Both the position numbers and the translations under genes were made by a program. A model generated the notes under the pieces. That model was not told where the DNA came from. It did not search any database and saw only the letters and a program-made list of their open reading frames with translations. DNA of 54,504 bases, filler included, from Basidioascus undulatus (lineage: Eukaryota), in NCBI GenBank assembly GCA_000826855.1. It is 3 parts of 3 records of this genome, joined end to end, with 100 filler letters (N's around TTAATTAATTAA, not from the genome) between each part and the next. Parts side by side here need not be neighbours in the genome. Positions count along the whole stretch, not along the records: positions 18,209 to 36,306 come from JTLS01000485.1; 2 more parts are not named here. One strand, 5' to 3'. This document shows positions 24,109-36,306 of this stretch, piece after piece. Positions within the stretch are counted from its first letter, which is position 1, and the number at the start of each line of letters is the position of its first letter.

Positions 24109-25270
24109 ATGGCCCACCCGAACACATCCCCCTTCATCCCGCTTGCCTCGCAAGTCGGCGGGCACGCGGGCGTCCTCTCGTCCTCCTCGGGCGACACGGT
24201 GATCAAGCCGTGCCTGCCCCTCGAGCGCGACTTCTACACTGCGCTCTCCTCCACGCCCGCGTACGCGCCGCTCGCGCGCTTCGTTCCGAAGTTCTTTGGC
24301 ACCCTGCGCTTGGAGGGGAAGCTCAGGGAGGGGAAGGAGGGGCTGGAGGCGGGGGAGGCGGAGAAGATCGTGCTGGGGGAGGGGACGGGGGTCGTGGACA
24401 CCAAGGCGCTGGAGGAGGTGGATGCGCCAAGGGAGGTGAGTCGCCTTTTTTAATCTTTTTTTCTCCCTGCTGTTTGCCTTGTAGCGATTGCGAGGGAGGA
24501 AGTGGAGTGGATGGTGACCAGGCTATGCCCGCACGGATTAGGCTCTCGTGATAGAAAACCTCACGCACGGCTTCGTTCATCCCAATGTGCTGGACATCAA
24601 GCTCGGTACGCAGCTGTGGGATATCGACGCGTCGGAGGAGAAGCGCGCACGGATGGAGAAGACCGCGCGGGACACAACGAGCGGGACGACGGGCGTCCGC
24701 CTGACGGGGTTCCAGGTGCGGTTCTTCCCTTTCTCTTCACCCTCGTCCCGCTTTCTCTTCCCCCACCGCCCCCCATATATCGCGTTTCTCCTCGCCCGGG
24801 ACCTAACAAACCCTTTCTGGCAGGTCTGGGACCCCTCTGGGACCTACACCGTGATGCCAAAATCCTACGGGAAGTCCATCCCGCCCTCCGCCCTCCCCGA
24901 GGGAATCCGGAAGTTCTTCCTCCCACCTCCTCTCTCGCCCTTCCCCACCCGCACGCTCCTCGCGCTCCTCCGCTCCATCCGCGCGCGGGTCTCCGACCTC
25001 GCGTCCGCGCTCGAGAAGGTCGAGCTGCGCATGCGCGGGGGGAGCGTGCTGGTCGTGTATGAGGGAGACCCGGAAGCGCTGGCGCAGGGAGAGCTGGAGG
25101 ACGCGTGGGATGTGCGGCTGATTGATTTTGCGCATACGCGCTTGACTCCGGGGGAGGGGCCTGATGCGGGGGTGTTGCTGGGCCTGAGGACGACGGGGGA
25201 ATTGCTGGATGGGTTGATTGGAGAATTGGAGGGGCTGGAGGAGGGGGAGAAAAAGGAGGTGGTAGCCTAG
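24109..25270 (+). CDS. ARG82: Inositol polyphosphate multikinase (Arg82/Ipk2 family)
   Basis: QVGGH, ENLTHGFVHPNVLDIKLG (PxxxDxKxG), SVLVVYEGD, VRLIDFAH; two introns; TAG at 25268-25270. Confidence 0.92.
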
Positions 25271-25902
25271 AGAGGAGGGGGAGGGCAGGGCAGAGAGGAC
25301 GACGGAGGGGAGGACAGGACGGAGAGGAGGGCGACTGATTCTGTTCGCGCAATGATGATGAGCGAGCTATGATTGCAATGGCATTGATACCCCTCCTCAG
25401 GTTCCCTGTTGATGCTCGGACCCGATCTGCCTGAGTACCTATGGACCTGTCGTTTCTGGCTTATCGTCTCTGACAGGGTAGTCCTTCTCTGCCAACACAT
25501 GCGCTGCGGTCGGTGTAAGACTGCGCCTGTCCAGAAGGTTTTGATGTCTGCTTTAGACGTGGGAGTTCAGCATTGTTGGTTATTGCTTGGGGGTTCAAAC
25601 CCGTACCGGAGCAGTATCATTTGATCGGAATTCTGCTGTGGGAGCCTTCGCAGTCTATCGCCTGGAAGACCGTACAAAACGGCAGGGACTTGTCTGTTTC
25701 CTTCCGTTTTAAGTATACAGGCATCGTCAGGCTAGAATACCGGCGAATTTCGACGAATATTGCAACCGGGAAGGTCCTCTATCGCCTCTGTCTGTCAGCA
25801 ACTGCGGTGCGGATCATTCTCGAGTCAGCCGTGGTCAAGGCACGTCGCATAAGAACCGCACCCTGTCTCTGTCTCCCCTTCCTCCCAAGATCCTCGCACA
25901 AG

Positions 25903-26922
25903 ATGGCCACCCTCCCAAAGCTCACAGACGTGCTCATCATCCGCGGCGGCCCCGCCGGTCTCAGCGCGGCGCTCGCGCTCTCGCGCGTGCAGCGCACAGT
26001 CACTGTCCTCGACTCAGGCGTGTACCGCAACGCGTGGGCGGAGCAGATGCACAACATCGCTGCGCTCGAGGGGACACCACCGGTCGTGCTCAGGGCTCCG
26101 GCGAGGAAGCAGCTCAAGGCATACGGGACGGCGACCGTCGTTCAGCACAAGACCGAAAGGTCGAGAGGACGGAGGTGGGACTGTTCGTCGTGGACGACAG
26201 GTTCCAGGCGTCGAAGCTCCTCCTCGCTACGGGCGTCGAGGACATTCTCCCGGAAGTTTCTGGTGCGTCCGAACTGGGGCTTTTACTCTTCACCTGAATT
26301 GACGAGAGCCGCCCGGCTTCTACAGGCTATGCGGAGCTCTGGGGACGCAAGATCCTGCACTGCGCTTTCTGCCACGGTAAGTGTTCAGTCGCCCTGCCGT
26401 TCCGTTATGAAGAAGCTGTCCCTGAACAATTCTTTTCTGGATAGGAACCGAGTTTGCTGGTAAGCGCGGGGCGATCTTCACCTCCGCGTCGCTCCTGCGC
26501 TCGCTCATTTTCCTGAACGTCACCAAGCACCTAGTCCTCCTCCTGCACGGCACGCCACCCTCCGATTCCGAGGCCGCACACGGCTGCCAGCACGCTGGAG
26601 GGCGTGTCGAGCCGTCCCGATCGCCCGGCTCGAGCCCGCACCTACTGGCGGGATATTCGTCCATTTCGACTCGGACAGCGCCGCCCCACCGCTCGAGCTC
26701 GACTTCATCGCGCATGCGCCTCCTAGGCGCCTTCACAGCCCTCACATCGCCCAATAGCTCGGACTCGAGCTTCTGCCTAGCGGAGAGATTTAGATGACTG
26801 GATTGTTCGGCGAGACGAGCGTCGAGGGAGTCTTCGCTTCCAAGGAAGTAGTTGTGATCGCGAAGGCTCTGCCGCCGGCTATGTCGACGGGAATGGTCGC
26901 CGCTGCTGGGGCAGCTCACTAG
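25903..26922 (+). pseudogene. Thioredoxin-reductase-like FAD dithiol oxidase (GliT type) pseudogene
   Basis: DVLIIRGGPAGLSAA (G to R in GxGxxG), LDSGVYRN, LLLATGVEDILP, LWGRKILHCAFCHG (CxxC). Frameshift near 26157; in-frame TAG at 26755-26757 and 26920-26922. Confidence 0.85.
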
Positions 26923-28545
26923 GTCCTGTTTTAGCATCTGGGCAAATACATGTCTAGCTCTGGTGAACAGTCATACATGTTGATAGCTAGGTGGGGCAGC
27001 AGCTCTGTTGCAATACTTGATGGGCAATTAACTGAAAAAGCCACAAAATGGACCGTATACATATATGCATGACTGGTACAACTGAGTGGGATGTGAGATA
27101 AAATCTGTTTGATTTGATTATCTTGAAAGGCCCTCTGCGGAAATTCAAAGCCCTGCAGGGGTGAGCTGGTAGTTCGATGCTGTGCCCAGTGCGGGATCCG
27201 AATATGAAAGCCAGTGTACTGACTGCCAGAGACAGTGCCACTACCTCAAGTTACGTTTTTGTGAAGCTCATCGCGGTTCCTGGGCGGCGAGCAACGGGAA
27301 GCGACTGCGGTCACCTACTTAAAGGGGCGACCCTACTCAAAAGCAACGATTTCACAGCTGCGGCTGTGCGCTATACAAATTGTGATGCATCAAGAAGACA
27401 TTTAAGAAGACTTCATTTCTTTGGCTGTTAGGAGATGTCGGATGCGTCAAAGATTGTTGAATGGCCCTGCGGGAATGGCAGTCTAGCTGCATTTGGATGG
27501 TGGACGCATGCGGGAATGGATCCAGTTGCATTTAAGGACCATGGGCAGTGGACAATCCTCAGACCTCACCTCCCTTCTCCCTTATCGTATACACCAGCGG
27601 GAGCGTCACCTCATCATCACGTCCTCGACACTCTTCTGCAAACCCAGCGGCTTGTACATGTCTTGCTCATCATCGTCGGTGGCACGCTCTCTTCCACAAA
27701 CTCTAGCTCTACAGTTCTCTCCACTAAATACATCATTGTTCTCTCATGTTCAAAGTAAGTGGCAGTGCTCTGCGATCCAGACATGCTTGTGCTGCCGGCG
27801 TGTGCATGTCTCGACACGGTCTTCATCCCGCTTGATCGGTGGCGAGTGCGTCCTACGGACATGCTTCCCTGGAGGGGGAGCAACGAGCCATTTGGCCTGC
27901 CTTGTAAGGCCATTTGGGGTCGAGCATTAGGCGATTTTGCTAGCCATTTCACTTTTGGGGAGCGAGTTGACTTTGGTCAGCGCTGCTGGTGTGGTCGCTC
28001 AAGACAGCTCGTTGAGCTCGAGCGGCGCCTCGCGTTGCTCGAGACAGCCTGTTGATCTGAAGCCCTCGCCAGCGAGAGCCATGAACCAGATGTTGAAGCC
28101 TAGTGTGCCGTCTGGCGCAACTTTGGGAGCGAGGACATGATTTTGACTTTGCAGAGTGCTGATCCTTACTTATTTAACCCTAAAGAAATCCTTCGTCACA
28201 GCCGCGTCGATCATCTCGGTAAGGTCGCATGCATTTTTGTGTTCTTGATACTGTTTCTGACATTCAATGCAGCCTTTAAGCACATCTTCCGTGCAGGAAA
28301 TGGCTTGTGTGGTGTGCCGCCCGGCCGTTAACGAAGAGTAAAGCGCGCGCAGTGAGGGTCCCTTTCTTCCTTTGCAATGTGCTGACATTTTGCTAGTCCT
28401 AGTACCGCTACATCAATCTGGAGTCTTTTCGTGCAGCCGCCGCAAGTCCACGGACTTTGCAAGCAGACGACTGGCGCACCCCCTCAAAACGTTTGAGGCG
28501 CAGACGGCATTGAACGAGGTACAGTGACCATCGTGCTATTGCGTG

Positions 28546-30249
28546 TCACTTCAGTAGCACGTCTTCCAGCTGCATGCAGTTTGCCATCCCTTCTTCAGAC
28601 CAGGGGAACGCACCTGGCATTTGGAGGCACAGTACCTTGCGCTTCCTGAGGAATGAGACACCTAAATCAGCTACTTTCTTCCCACACAAATTGGGGGAAG
28701 GCCGAAGGAAGACACTGTAAAATTGGAACATACTGCACTGCCCGCACTTCTTGTGTTTCCCCGGCTGCTCCTCCTTCTTCCCGCACTCTGGGAGCGTACA
28801 CTTGCACAGAAGGGGTACCATCGCGATCTAGTCGTTGCGCACCCAGTCGCACACGTCCTTGGTCCACAGCGGCTGGGCAATGTAGAGGTCTGCAGTGCAG
28901 TGGGGGAGAAAGAACGAGACGTCCGGTTTAAAGCGTAGGTAGCATGTTAGAAAATAGGCATACAGTCCTGAGCTTCTTCGGGACCTGCAGCGGGGTGCGG
29001 GTGTTAATGTGCGACGCATGGGAAGGATGGGGAGAAGGTGAAGCGGACCGTGAATGCCGCGATGTTCGTGGTGGTAGCGAGGAACGTCCGCGCAATCTCG
29101 GAGTCCCCCCAGAGCCGGAAGGCCGCGAGCATCCCGTCATGGAGGATGGGCGAGCGAACGTTTTCTGGATGGCCGCGCGGAACTTTGCGCCGTGCTCGCC
29201 CGAGAGCGTCGGGTCGACGTTGGCCTTCGTCCAGTAGGGGAAGACGGTACCGCCCTCCGAGTTGCGATATCACAGCGTCAGCAGAAGTAGCATAATTAGC
29301 TGCGGGAGGGACCAAGGGCGACGGACCTTCTCCGGGCGCTCGCTGAGGCACCATTCGAGCGCTCAGCTTAGGGCATTCTCGTCCTGCTTGTCGTAAGCAT
29401 GTAGCTCATATTGTTGCGCAATCCCGAGGTCGTCCCCTGGGCACAGTCGCAGCGCTTCAGCGCAGCTCCGCACCGCGCGCGAGTAGTTCTGTACTCGAAC
29501 GCAGGTCAGTGCTCGTCGCCGTTCGAGCGTCCGACCTCTGCACTTTACCTTATAGAATTCGGTGGCGACGTCGAGGACGTGCACGCTGGAGGAGGGTGGG
29601 GTTTTAGCCTGAAGACGTGTGGGGTATGGGAGCATCGAGGACTTGCAAAGGACGCGTCTCCAGAATCCTGCAGGCCGCCGTGGTGAGCGCACCTCCGGAC
29701 AGGAACCGATGTGAAACACACGTACCCCCAAAAGTGGCCCACGCTCTCGGAACCCTCATCAAAGCAGTTATTCCCCAGCTCCCTCTTCGTGAACTTCCGA
29801 CCGCGTTCGTCTTCGGCGGAAGATGCGCTCTTCAGCTTCTCCAACATATCTGCCCACAGAGAGAAGAATCCCTCGCAGAGCAGCTCCAGCATGTTCATGA
29901 CATATTTCTCGTAGTTTTCCATGTACCTGGTCGCCGCAACTCATGAGCCGCTCTGCCCAAGTATCCCTCAAACGGGTCGGGTGACCATCGTGACCATCAC
30001 TCACGGCAAGACGGCCAGCCCCGCATCGAGGTTTGCCGGGTCGAGCTCCATAGCCGTCTTCAGCTGCCGCGTGCCCTACATGTGCTCTATCCACCCAAGG
30101 TCAGCCTTCACAATCAGTCCCCGGAGCGCGCGACACGGCGTATCACCGCGCTCGCAGAGCACCTCGGCACGCTTGAATGCCGCCTCGCGCTGCTTATTGA
30201 TCTTCCCGACGCAGAGGCCGTACTGCGCCTCCACCATATTGTGGAGCAT
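28546..30249 (-). pseudogene. Helical-repeat plus C-terminal MYND zinc-finger protein pseudogene; ends approximate
   Basis: VGHFWG|ILETRPF, AEALRLCPGDDLG, LAAFRLWGDSEIARTFL, LYIAQPLW, CTLPECGKKEEQPGKHKKCGQC. In-frame TGA at 29363-29365 and TAG at 28828-28830. Confidence 0.7.
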
Positions 30250-30641
30250 GATGAGCTGAGTTTTTAATTGTCGGGCCAGAAGGCGAGGATGGTGAGGGAT
30301 GGCAAGAACGAAGAGGGCACGGCAGCGGATGAAGAAGAGCCGACTTGATCAGGTTCCGGGCCAAAGCACGAAAAGAACACGCGCTAAATGACGGACGCGC
30401 TTGTGCGTGCAGAAGGTATGCTGCAACATCTGCCAACTGCATTCTTTGAGGGCGCTCCGACGAGGTGTGCGTGGAGAACATGGTGTTGAATTTCGCGAGC
30501 GGCGAGACAGACGAGCAGCCAGAAAAGACGCGTCAAGGACGCGTTCGACACTGTTACGCTGCTGTGGCGACGTTCTTCGCGATGAAAGGCAGACCAAACA
30601 CCTGCCGCCCAATGCGTTACTATACAAAACATTGTCCATGG

Positions 30642-31776
30642 TTAAAGCGCCGCACGTTGTCCGCTCTCCGTCAGCGTCCACTCGTCGCCCTCCCCCACGA
30701 CGTTGCCCTCCCCGCGCAGCTTGTCGAGATGCAGCCGCACGCCATGCGCCGCGGCTGGCCAAAGATTCTGTGCTGCACCACCCGATTCATCAAGTGAGCT
30801 ACTCCAAACTCCGCGAAAGTGAAGACAAACAAATGAACTCACGCGTATCAGCATACAAGACCTTCACGATCTCCTCGACCTTCACCGAGCTTTCTCCCGC
30901 GCCATGCTTCAGCAGCACCCCCACGACCTGGCGCTCCCTCTCTAGCCGATGCTCCCTGTACGCCCTGATCGCGGCCCTCCCATCTTCCACAACAGGCCCA
31001 TGGCCCGGCCACAGCCTATCATCGCCCACCTCCCCCTCGAGCCGCCCCAAGCTCCGCATGATCTCCCCCAAGCTCTCGAACACCGCGGACCCCTGGCCCA
31101 GGACCGTATCCGCCGTGAGCAGCGCTTCCTCCTCCGGCGCGTGGAGGCACACGCTGTCGGACGTGTGCCCTGGCGTGTGGAGCACCCGCAGCCCGCCGGG
31201 GAGGAGCTGCAAGTCGCGCAGCGCGTGGAGCGGGCCCGAGGGGCCGGGTGTGAAGTGCGTGGAGGGGAGGGAGGCGAGGATGGAGTGGATGGACGGGTCT
31301 TGCGTGGGAGAGGGGTACTTGTGGATGCGCGGCGCGGGGGAGGTGGACGGGCGGAGGCGAGCGAGGAGGGAGAGCACGGAGGGGAGGCCGAGGACGTGGT
31401 CTTTATGCCAGTGGGTAAGGATTCTAGCCAGGATCACCGTATATTTCAGAATTAAGTAGGGCGCGAAAGCAAAATCTTGTAGGTTGGAATACGCACATGT
31501 CCGACACCGGTTCCTGCCCCGGCTGCTTGCGGAGCGCCCGCTCAAGAAGCGGCACGAACTCCTCCTTCCCCTCGCCTGTGTCAACCAGAATGCCCTGCCG
31601 AAAGAGGTACACGTTCGTTCCTTGGAGGGTGAACTTCCCCGGGTTCTGCGGGATCGAGTGAGCGGTGAGTGCACAGCTCGAGTCGCGGTGGGAGCGAGAG
31701 GCAGGCGGACCTGGCCGAGGACGCGGGTGACGCGCGAGGAGAGCTGGGCGATCGAGGGGAGCTCGACGAGCTCCAT
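30642..31776 (-). CDS. Metallo-beta-lactamase-fold protein, LACTB2-like
   Basis: LGQNPGKFTLQGTN, LVDTGEG, THWHKDH, HTPGHTSD, TADTVLGQG, PGHGPVV, and winged-helix tail HLDKLRGEG; TAA at 30642-30644. Confidence 0.92.
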
Positions 31777-32217
31777 GATGAGTGAATGCGGGAAGAATCA
31801 GGGAGTCAGTGATGATGGGAAGGGTCAAGCTGGTTGAAGGTGAGATATCGAGGCGCGTTCGCGAGCTCGACAAAGGGGCCGGGCCGGTACCTCATCGGGC
31901 CGGGCAGTCGCGACAGGGCTCAGGTTCATAGGCATCATTCTACTGCTCGGATTTACATACCGGAAACTTTCAATCCCCAAACAGAATGCTGTACCGGTAC
32001 ACGTTGAGAATTAAGGAAAGTTTGGAGAAAGAGGCGAGGTGCCTACGACGTGGTATCTGATAAGGCCAATCGCGGGTCTCGCCCTTGCGGCATTGTTGTT
32101 TTCATTTCGGCCTTGAAGCGCATCTGCCGGTGACGCATCTCGGAACCGTCTTCTCGCTCTTCGTCTGTCCACCTCCTTCACCTCACTCTCATATCACTTT
32201 CTAGACCATAAATCACC

Positions 32218-33174
32218 ATGGCGTGCGTCCATCCTATCATTTTTTTTGCTCAACTCTCTGCTCACGCTTGGTGTCGTTCCTCAGGCCGAAGAAGGGACCG
32301 AACGCGAAGCAGGAGGCTGGTCGCGCAAAGAAGGCCGCGAACGAGGAGGTCAAGAAGCAGAAGGCTGTTGACGCCGCAGAGGCCAAGGAGGCGGTCGAGT
32401 GGTCCGTCGGCGCCAAGGGCAAGGTGCGTTCTGCTCGCTACGCTGTAGATAACGCGAAAGTGTGCTGAACGATCTGGCGTGCGGCGGCGGTGGACAGAAC
32501 GCGAAGAAGGCCGCTGAAGAGGAGAAGAAGGCTGCGGATGCGTGAGTGGCGAGGGATCTATCCCGTACCCCCAGGATGGAAGCGCAATCTAACGTATCCG
32601 CTCATCAGCGCACGCAAGGCCGAGCGCGACCGTCTCCTCGCGGAGGAGGAGGCCTCCCTGCCCTCGAAGCCCAAGGCAGGCGGGAAGAAGGCCGCCCCGC
32701 GCCCGGCCGGGCCGGGCGCGCTCGCGGCCGGCGGGGGCATCAGCGGGAGCAGCACGCCGGGCGAGCACGACCAGCCGGAGGAGTACACCGCGACGGGCCT
32801 CGACGACGCCCTCGACCTGCTCAGCATCGTCAACTCCAAGTCGGACAAGGCCAGCGTCGGCGCGCAGGCCGGCCAGCTCGAGCAGCACCCGGAGGTGAGT
32901 CTGCAGCGCTAGGGTGCGGTGAGAGGAGATGGGTATGGTACTGAATTGGTGGGGGTGTTGCGCGGTTGCAGAGGCGGTTCAAGGCTGCGTTCGAGGTGAG
33001 TGGCACGATGTGTGGTCGGCTGGGGGTCGTGCGGGAGCGGTTGCTGATGCCGCGGGTCTGGGACTGTGGGATGACAGGCCTACAAGGAGCGCATGCTCCC
33101 CAAGATGAAGATGGATTTCCCCGGTCTACGCATGAACCAGTACGAGGAGAAGATGTACAAGCGGTTCCAGAAGG
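32218..33174 (+). CDS. CCDC124/Lso2/Oxs1 (DUF1014) family protein; 3' end unresolved
   Basis: MAPKKGPNAKQEAGRAKKAANE...EWSVGAKG, ATGLDDALDLL, HPERRFKAAFEAYKERMLPKMKMDFPGLRMNQY...KRFQK. Confidence 0.88.
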
Positions 33175-33288
33175 TGCTGCCCGCCCCTCCCCTCCCCCTC
33201 CCCAACCCCAACTATCAACTCTCCTCCCCAGGAAAGCGCGCGACGCTCAGATCCTGTCCCCGCCCGGGGCGATCCACTCGCCGAGCGA

Positions 33289-33856
33289 CTAGTCACGGTA
33301 GCTCCACGCGCGCGCCTCGTAGCGCTCCTTGGTCTCGTGGTCGACGCGCGCGCTGAGGGTGCGGAACCGTCCTTGGGCGCTGTTCAGCAGGTATGGGTGG
33401 CGGTCAGGTGAGCATTGAGGACGATGAAGGGGAGAAAGAACGGAAGACAGAGAGGGAAAGGAGACGCACGTCGTTCCTCCTCCGTCCACCGAGCAGTAAC
33501 TAAAGGAATGTACTCAGACCCCGCACCTCGTCCAGGAACTCCTCGAAGCCAGTGCGGAGAGCGCCCTCGAAGCGGTCCTGCCCCCACTGCCTCAGCTCGC
33601 GCACGCCGCGGCGGGAGCTCACGGATACTGCAGAGCGGGTTAGGTCAATGAGGGATTTGGGAAAGGTGAGAGGGGCAAGGGGAATGCACGTTTTTCAGCC
33701 ATGGCCCTTGGGCACCAGCAATGTGTTTTGAAGAGAGTGAGAGCGGAAAGTGGATGGGGAGGGAGTGTGAGAGGGGCGCGAGTGGTACGCGTTCAAGGCG
33801 TGGTAGGGAGGCTTGTAGCGTTTTGAGGTGAATTCAGAGGGCCGATGGGACAGCAT
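33289..33856 (-). other. Possible small spliced or degenerate gene of unknown family
   Basis: GC3-rich segments (RRGVRELRQWGQDRFEGALRTGFEEFLDE; AQGRFRTLSARVDHETKERYEARAWSYRD) flanked by GT..CAG intron-like tracts; they do not phase into one clean ORF. Confidence 0.3.
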
Positions 33857-34136
33857 CCGTGGGTGGACTGCTTTCATCAACGGGGACCAAACAGAAACCT
33901 CGGTACTACTGTCGATTTCGGTCAGACAATATTTGTGTGCAAGATCTTTGTTCGATTTTTGCACAGATTTTTGCACATCAGATATCGACAGAACGAGCGC
34001 ATCCCCTTGGTCCAGCAAGCGACTCCACAAGCGACTCCCGGCTGCCCGGTTTATCGCCGACAGCTCGACGCGCATCACATCACCAACTCGGTTGCCTCGC
34101 TCATTCCCACCACGACCACCAGACCATCGACCCGCG

Positions 34137-36306
34137 ATGGTCTCCACACGCTCACAATCCGCCTCAGTTGACGGCGACGACCCCCCGTCCCAGCCCAACC
34201 CCGCCCCCGCGACCGAGCTTCCCGGGCCGTCCCTCTCCCCCGTCCAAGAAGCCGCCCCCACTCCCACACCCGCAGTCCCGGACCCGGAGGAGGCCAACGC
34301 CCTCCGCGCCGAGCTGCGCGCGACCAAGGCGTCCCTTGAGGGATGCCAGCACGCGCTGGAGGATGAGCGTGCCCGCGCCTTGCGCAAGGACGTCGAGGTC
34401 GAGCAGGCGCTTAATGAGAGTGAGGGGCGCGTGAGGGAGGCGGAGGAGGAGGCGGAGCGGTTGCGGGGCAAGGTTGGGGAGGAGGAGAAGGAGAAGAGGG
34501 ATCTGGGTGCGTATTTCCATTTTTATCACTGTTGCTTGTGTCCGCGCTAACGCCATGATCCCGCCCGGGCGCCTCAGCCGCTCAACTCCAAGCGCTCCGT
34601 ACCCAGCTCGACTCCCTCCAGTCGACCAGTACGACGTCGAACTCCGAGCTGGATGCGCTGCGTGCGCGGAAGCAAGAAGTCGAGCGGGAGAAGCGCGAGC
34701 TGCTGTCTGCGCTCGAGCGCGAGTCGGCCGAGAGCGCGCGGCGCGCGGGCGAGGTCGAGGAGCTGCGCAAGCGCGCCAAGGACGCGCGCGACGAGGCGAG
34801 CGCGCTGGGCGTGCAGCTGCAGGAGGCCAGGAGCGCAGAGACGGCTGCGAAGGTGCGTGTGGAGTGAGCGCAAGAGGAGGAGGGAGGCAGCGATGGCTGA
34901 TGAGGTGGTTGGGGCTTGGGGCGGACAGTTCAAGGTCCAGAGTCTTACGCAGGAGGTCGAGCTCCTCAAGAAGAACGAGCAGTGGCTCAACACCGAACTC
35001 ACCTCCAAGTCGGACGAGTTTGCAAAGTACCGTCGCGAGAAGGTGCGCGCTTCCTTTCTCACAGTCTCCCCCGCCCACCCGAATGCTCACCCCTCCTCCT
35101 TGCAGCACGCCGAAGTGACGCAACTTCAAGCCGAGCTCTCCACCGCGTCCTCCTCCCTCGTCTCGACGACCGCGACGTTCACGGCTTTGCAGACCGCGCA
35201 CGCCTCGCAGTCCTCCAAGCTCACAGAAGCACTCTCCAAGATCGCCTCGCTCACGTCCACCCTCGCCGCCTCGGAAGAGTCCTTCCGCGCCGAGATCGAC
35301 ACCCAGAAGCGCGTCGTGGAGCTCATGGAGCGGCGCGAGCGCGAGGGCGCCCAGCGCGTCGCGGACGTGGAGAAGGAGTGGGAGGCGTTTGTCGCGCAGT
35401 CGGAGGCGGAGCTGTCCGCCGTGCGCGAAGAACTCGAGCGCGAGAAGAGCGCGAGTACGACCCTCGCGCAGCAGCTCGAGGACATCCGCGCGCTCGGCCC
35501 GCCCGCCGCCGCTGGTGAGCCCCAGACGCTTGGCAGACAGGAGGACCAGAGCTTCACGCTCAGCCCGACGGCGAGCGTCGCGGCCAGGTTGCAGAAGGGC
35601 GGCAGGAGCTACACCGAGGTTTATGCGGACTATGCGAGGCTCGAGGGCGACCTGCAGCGCGAGCGTGCGGAGCGCAGGCGCCTCGAGAGCTGCTTGGAGG
35701 GCGTGCTGGGCGAGATCGAGGAGCGGGTGCGTGCCTCTTCTTCCTTTCCAAGCTTTTGCCCTCCTGACATTGCGTTTGCAGGCCCCGATCCTCCAAGAGC
35801 AGCGGCGCGAGTACGAGCGCCTTCGCGGGGAAGCGACCGCTTTGGCCTCGCAGCTCGCCTCGGCCTTGGAAGAGCGCGACTCGCTCTCCACCTCCGCGCG
35901 GGACGCGCGCCTCGCGTCTGAGTCGGCGCAGCGCGAGCTCTCGATCCAGTCGCAGCAGCTCGCGGACCTCTCCCGGCAAGTCGTGCATCTCACGCGCGAG
36001 CTGGCGATCCGGGACGACCCGACCCTCGCGTCCGCAGACACGGGCGCGGAGCAATCCGCGCCGACGCACGAGTCTGCCGTGGACCAGGCGATCTCGGACC
36101 GGCTCGTGCTCTTCGGGAGCCTCGACGAGCTCCAGCACCAGAATGCGAACCTGCTCAAGGTCAGCCGCGACCTCGGCGCGAAGCTCGAAGCGGCCGACGC
36201 CGAGCGCGAGCGCGCCGAGCGCGAGGAGGCGGACGAGGCCGTCCGCGAGGCGTACGCGCTCGTGGAGCGCCTCAAGGAGGAGCTCGAGCTCGGGCGCGCG
36301 CGCGAG
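34137..36306 (+). CDS. MLP1: Nuclear basket protein TPR/Mlp1, 3'-partial (cut by gap)
   Basis: Long coiled coil with QEVELLKKNEQWLNTEL...FAKYRREK, LSPTASVAARLQKGGRSYTEVYADY, APILQEQRREYERL and ISDRLVLFGSLDELQHQNANLLKV. Confidence 0.9.

Noticed and set aside
25352..25434. C/D-box snoRNA (ATGATGA ... CTGA)
   Set aside because: No terminal stem or recognisable rRNA-complementary guide; it lies in the probable IPMK 3' UTR.
10530..26922. Secondary-metabolite cluster (NmrA-like plus GliT-like)
   Set aside because: No backbone enzyme, transporter or cluster regulator; the genes are on different contigs and both are broken.
9022..28830. TAG codons corrected by A-to-I editing to Trp
   Set aside because: Most sites do not correspond to an expected Trp, and the same genes carry indels, TGA/TAA stops or deletions that editing cannot repair.
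30401..31459. 352-aa plus-strand ORF
   Set aside because: Antisense shadow of the LACTB2-like gene.
34164..36275. 703-aa minus-strand ORF
   Set aside because: Antisense shadow of the GC-rich Mlp1 gene; Ser/Arg/Ala-rich with no motifs.
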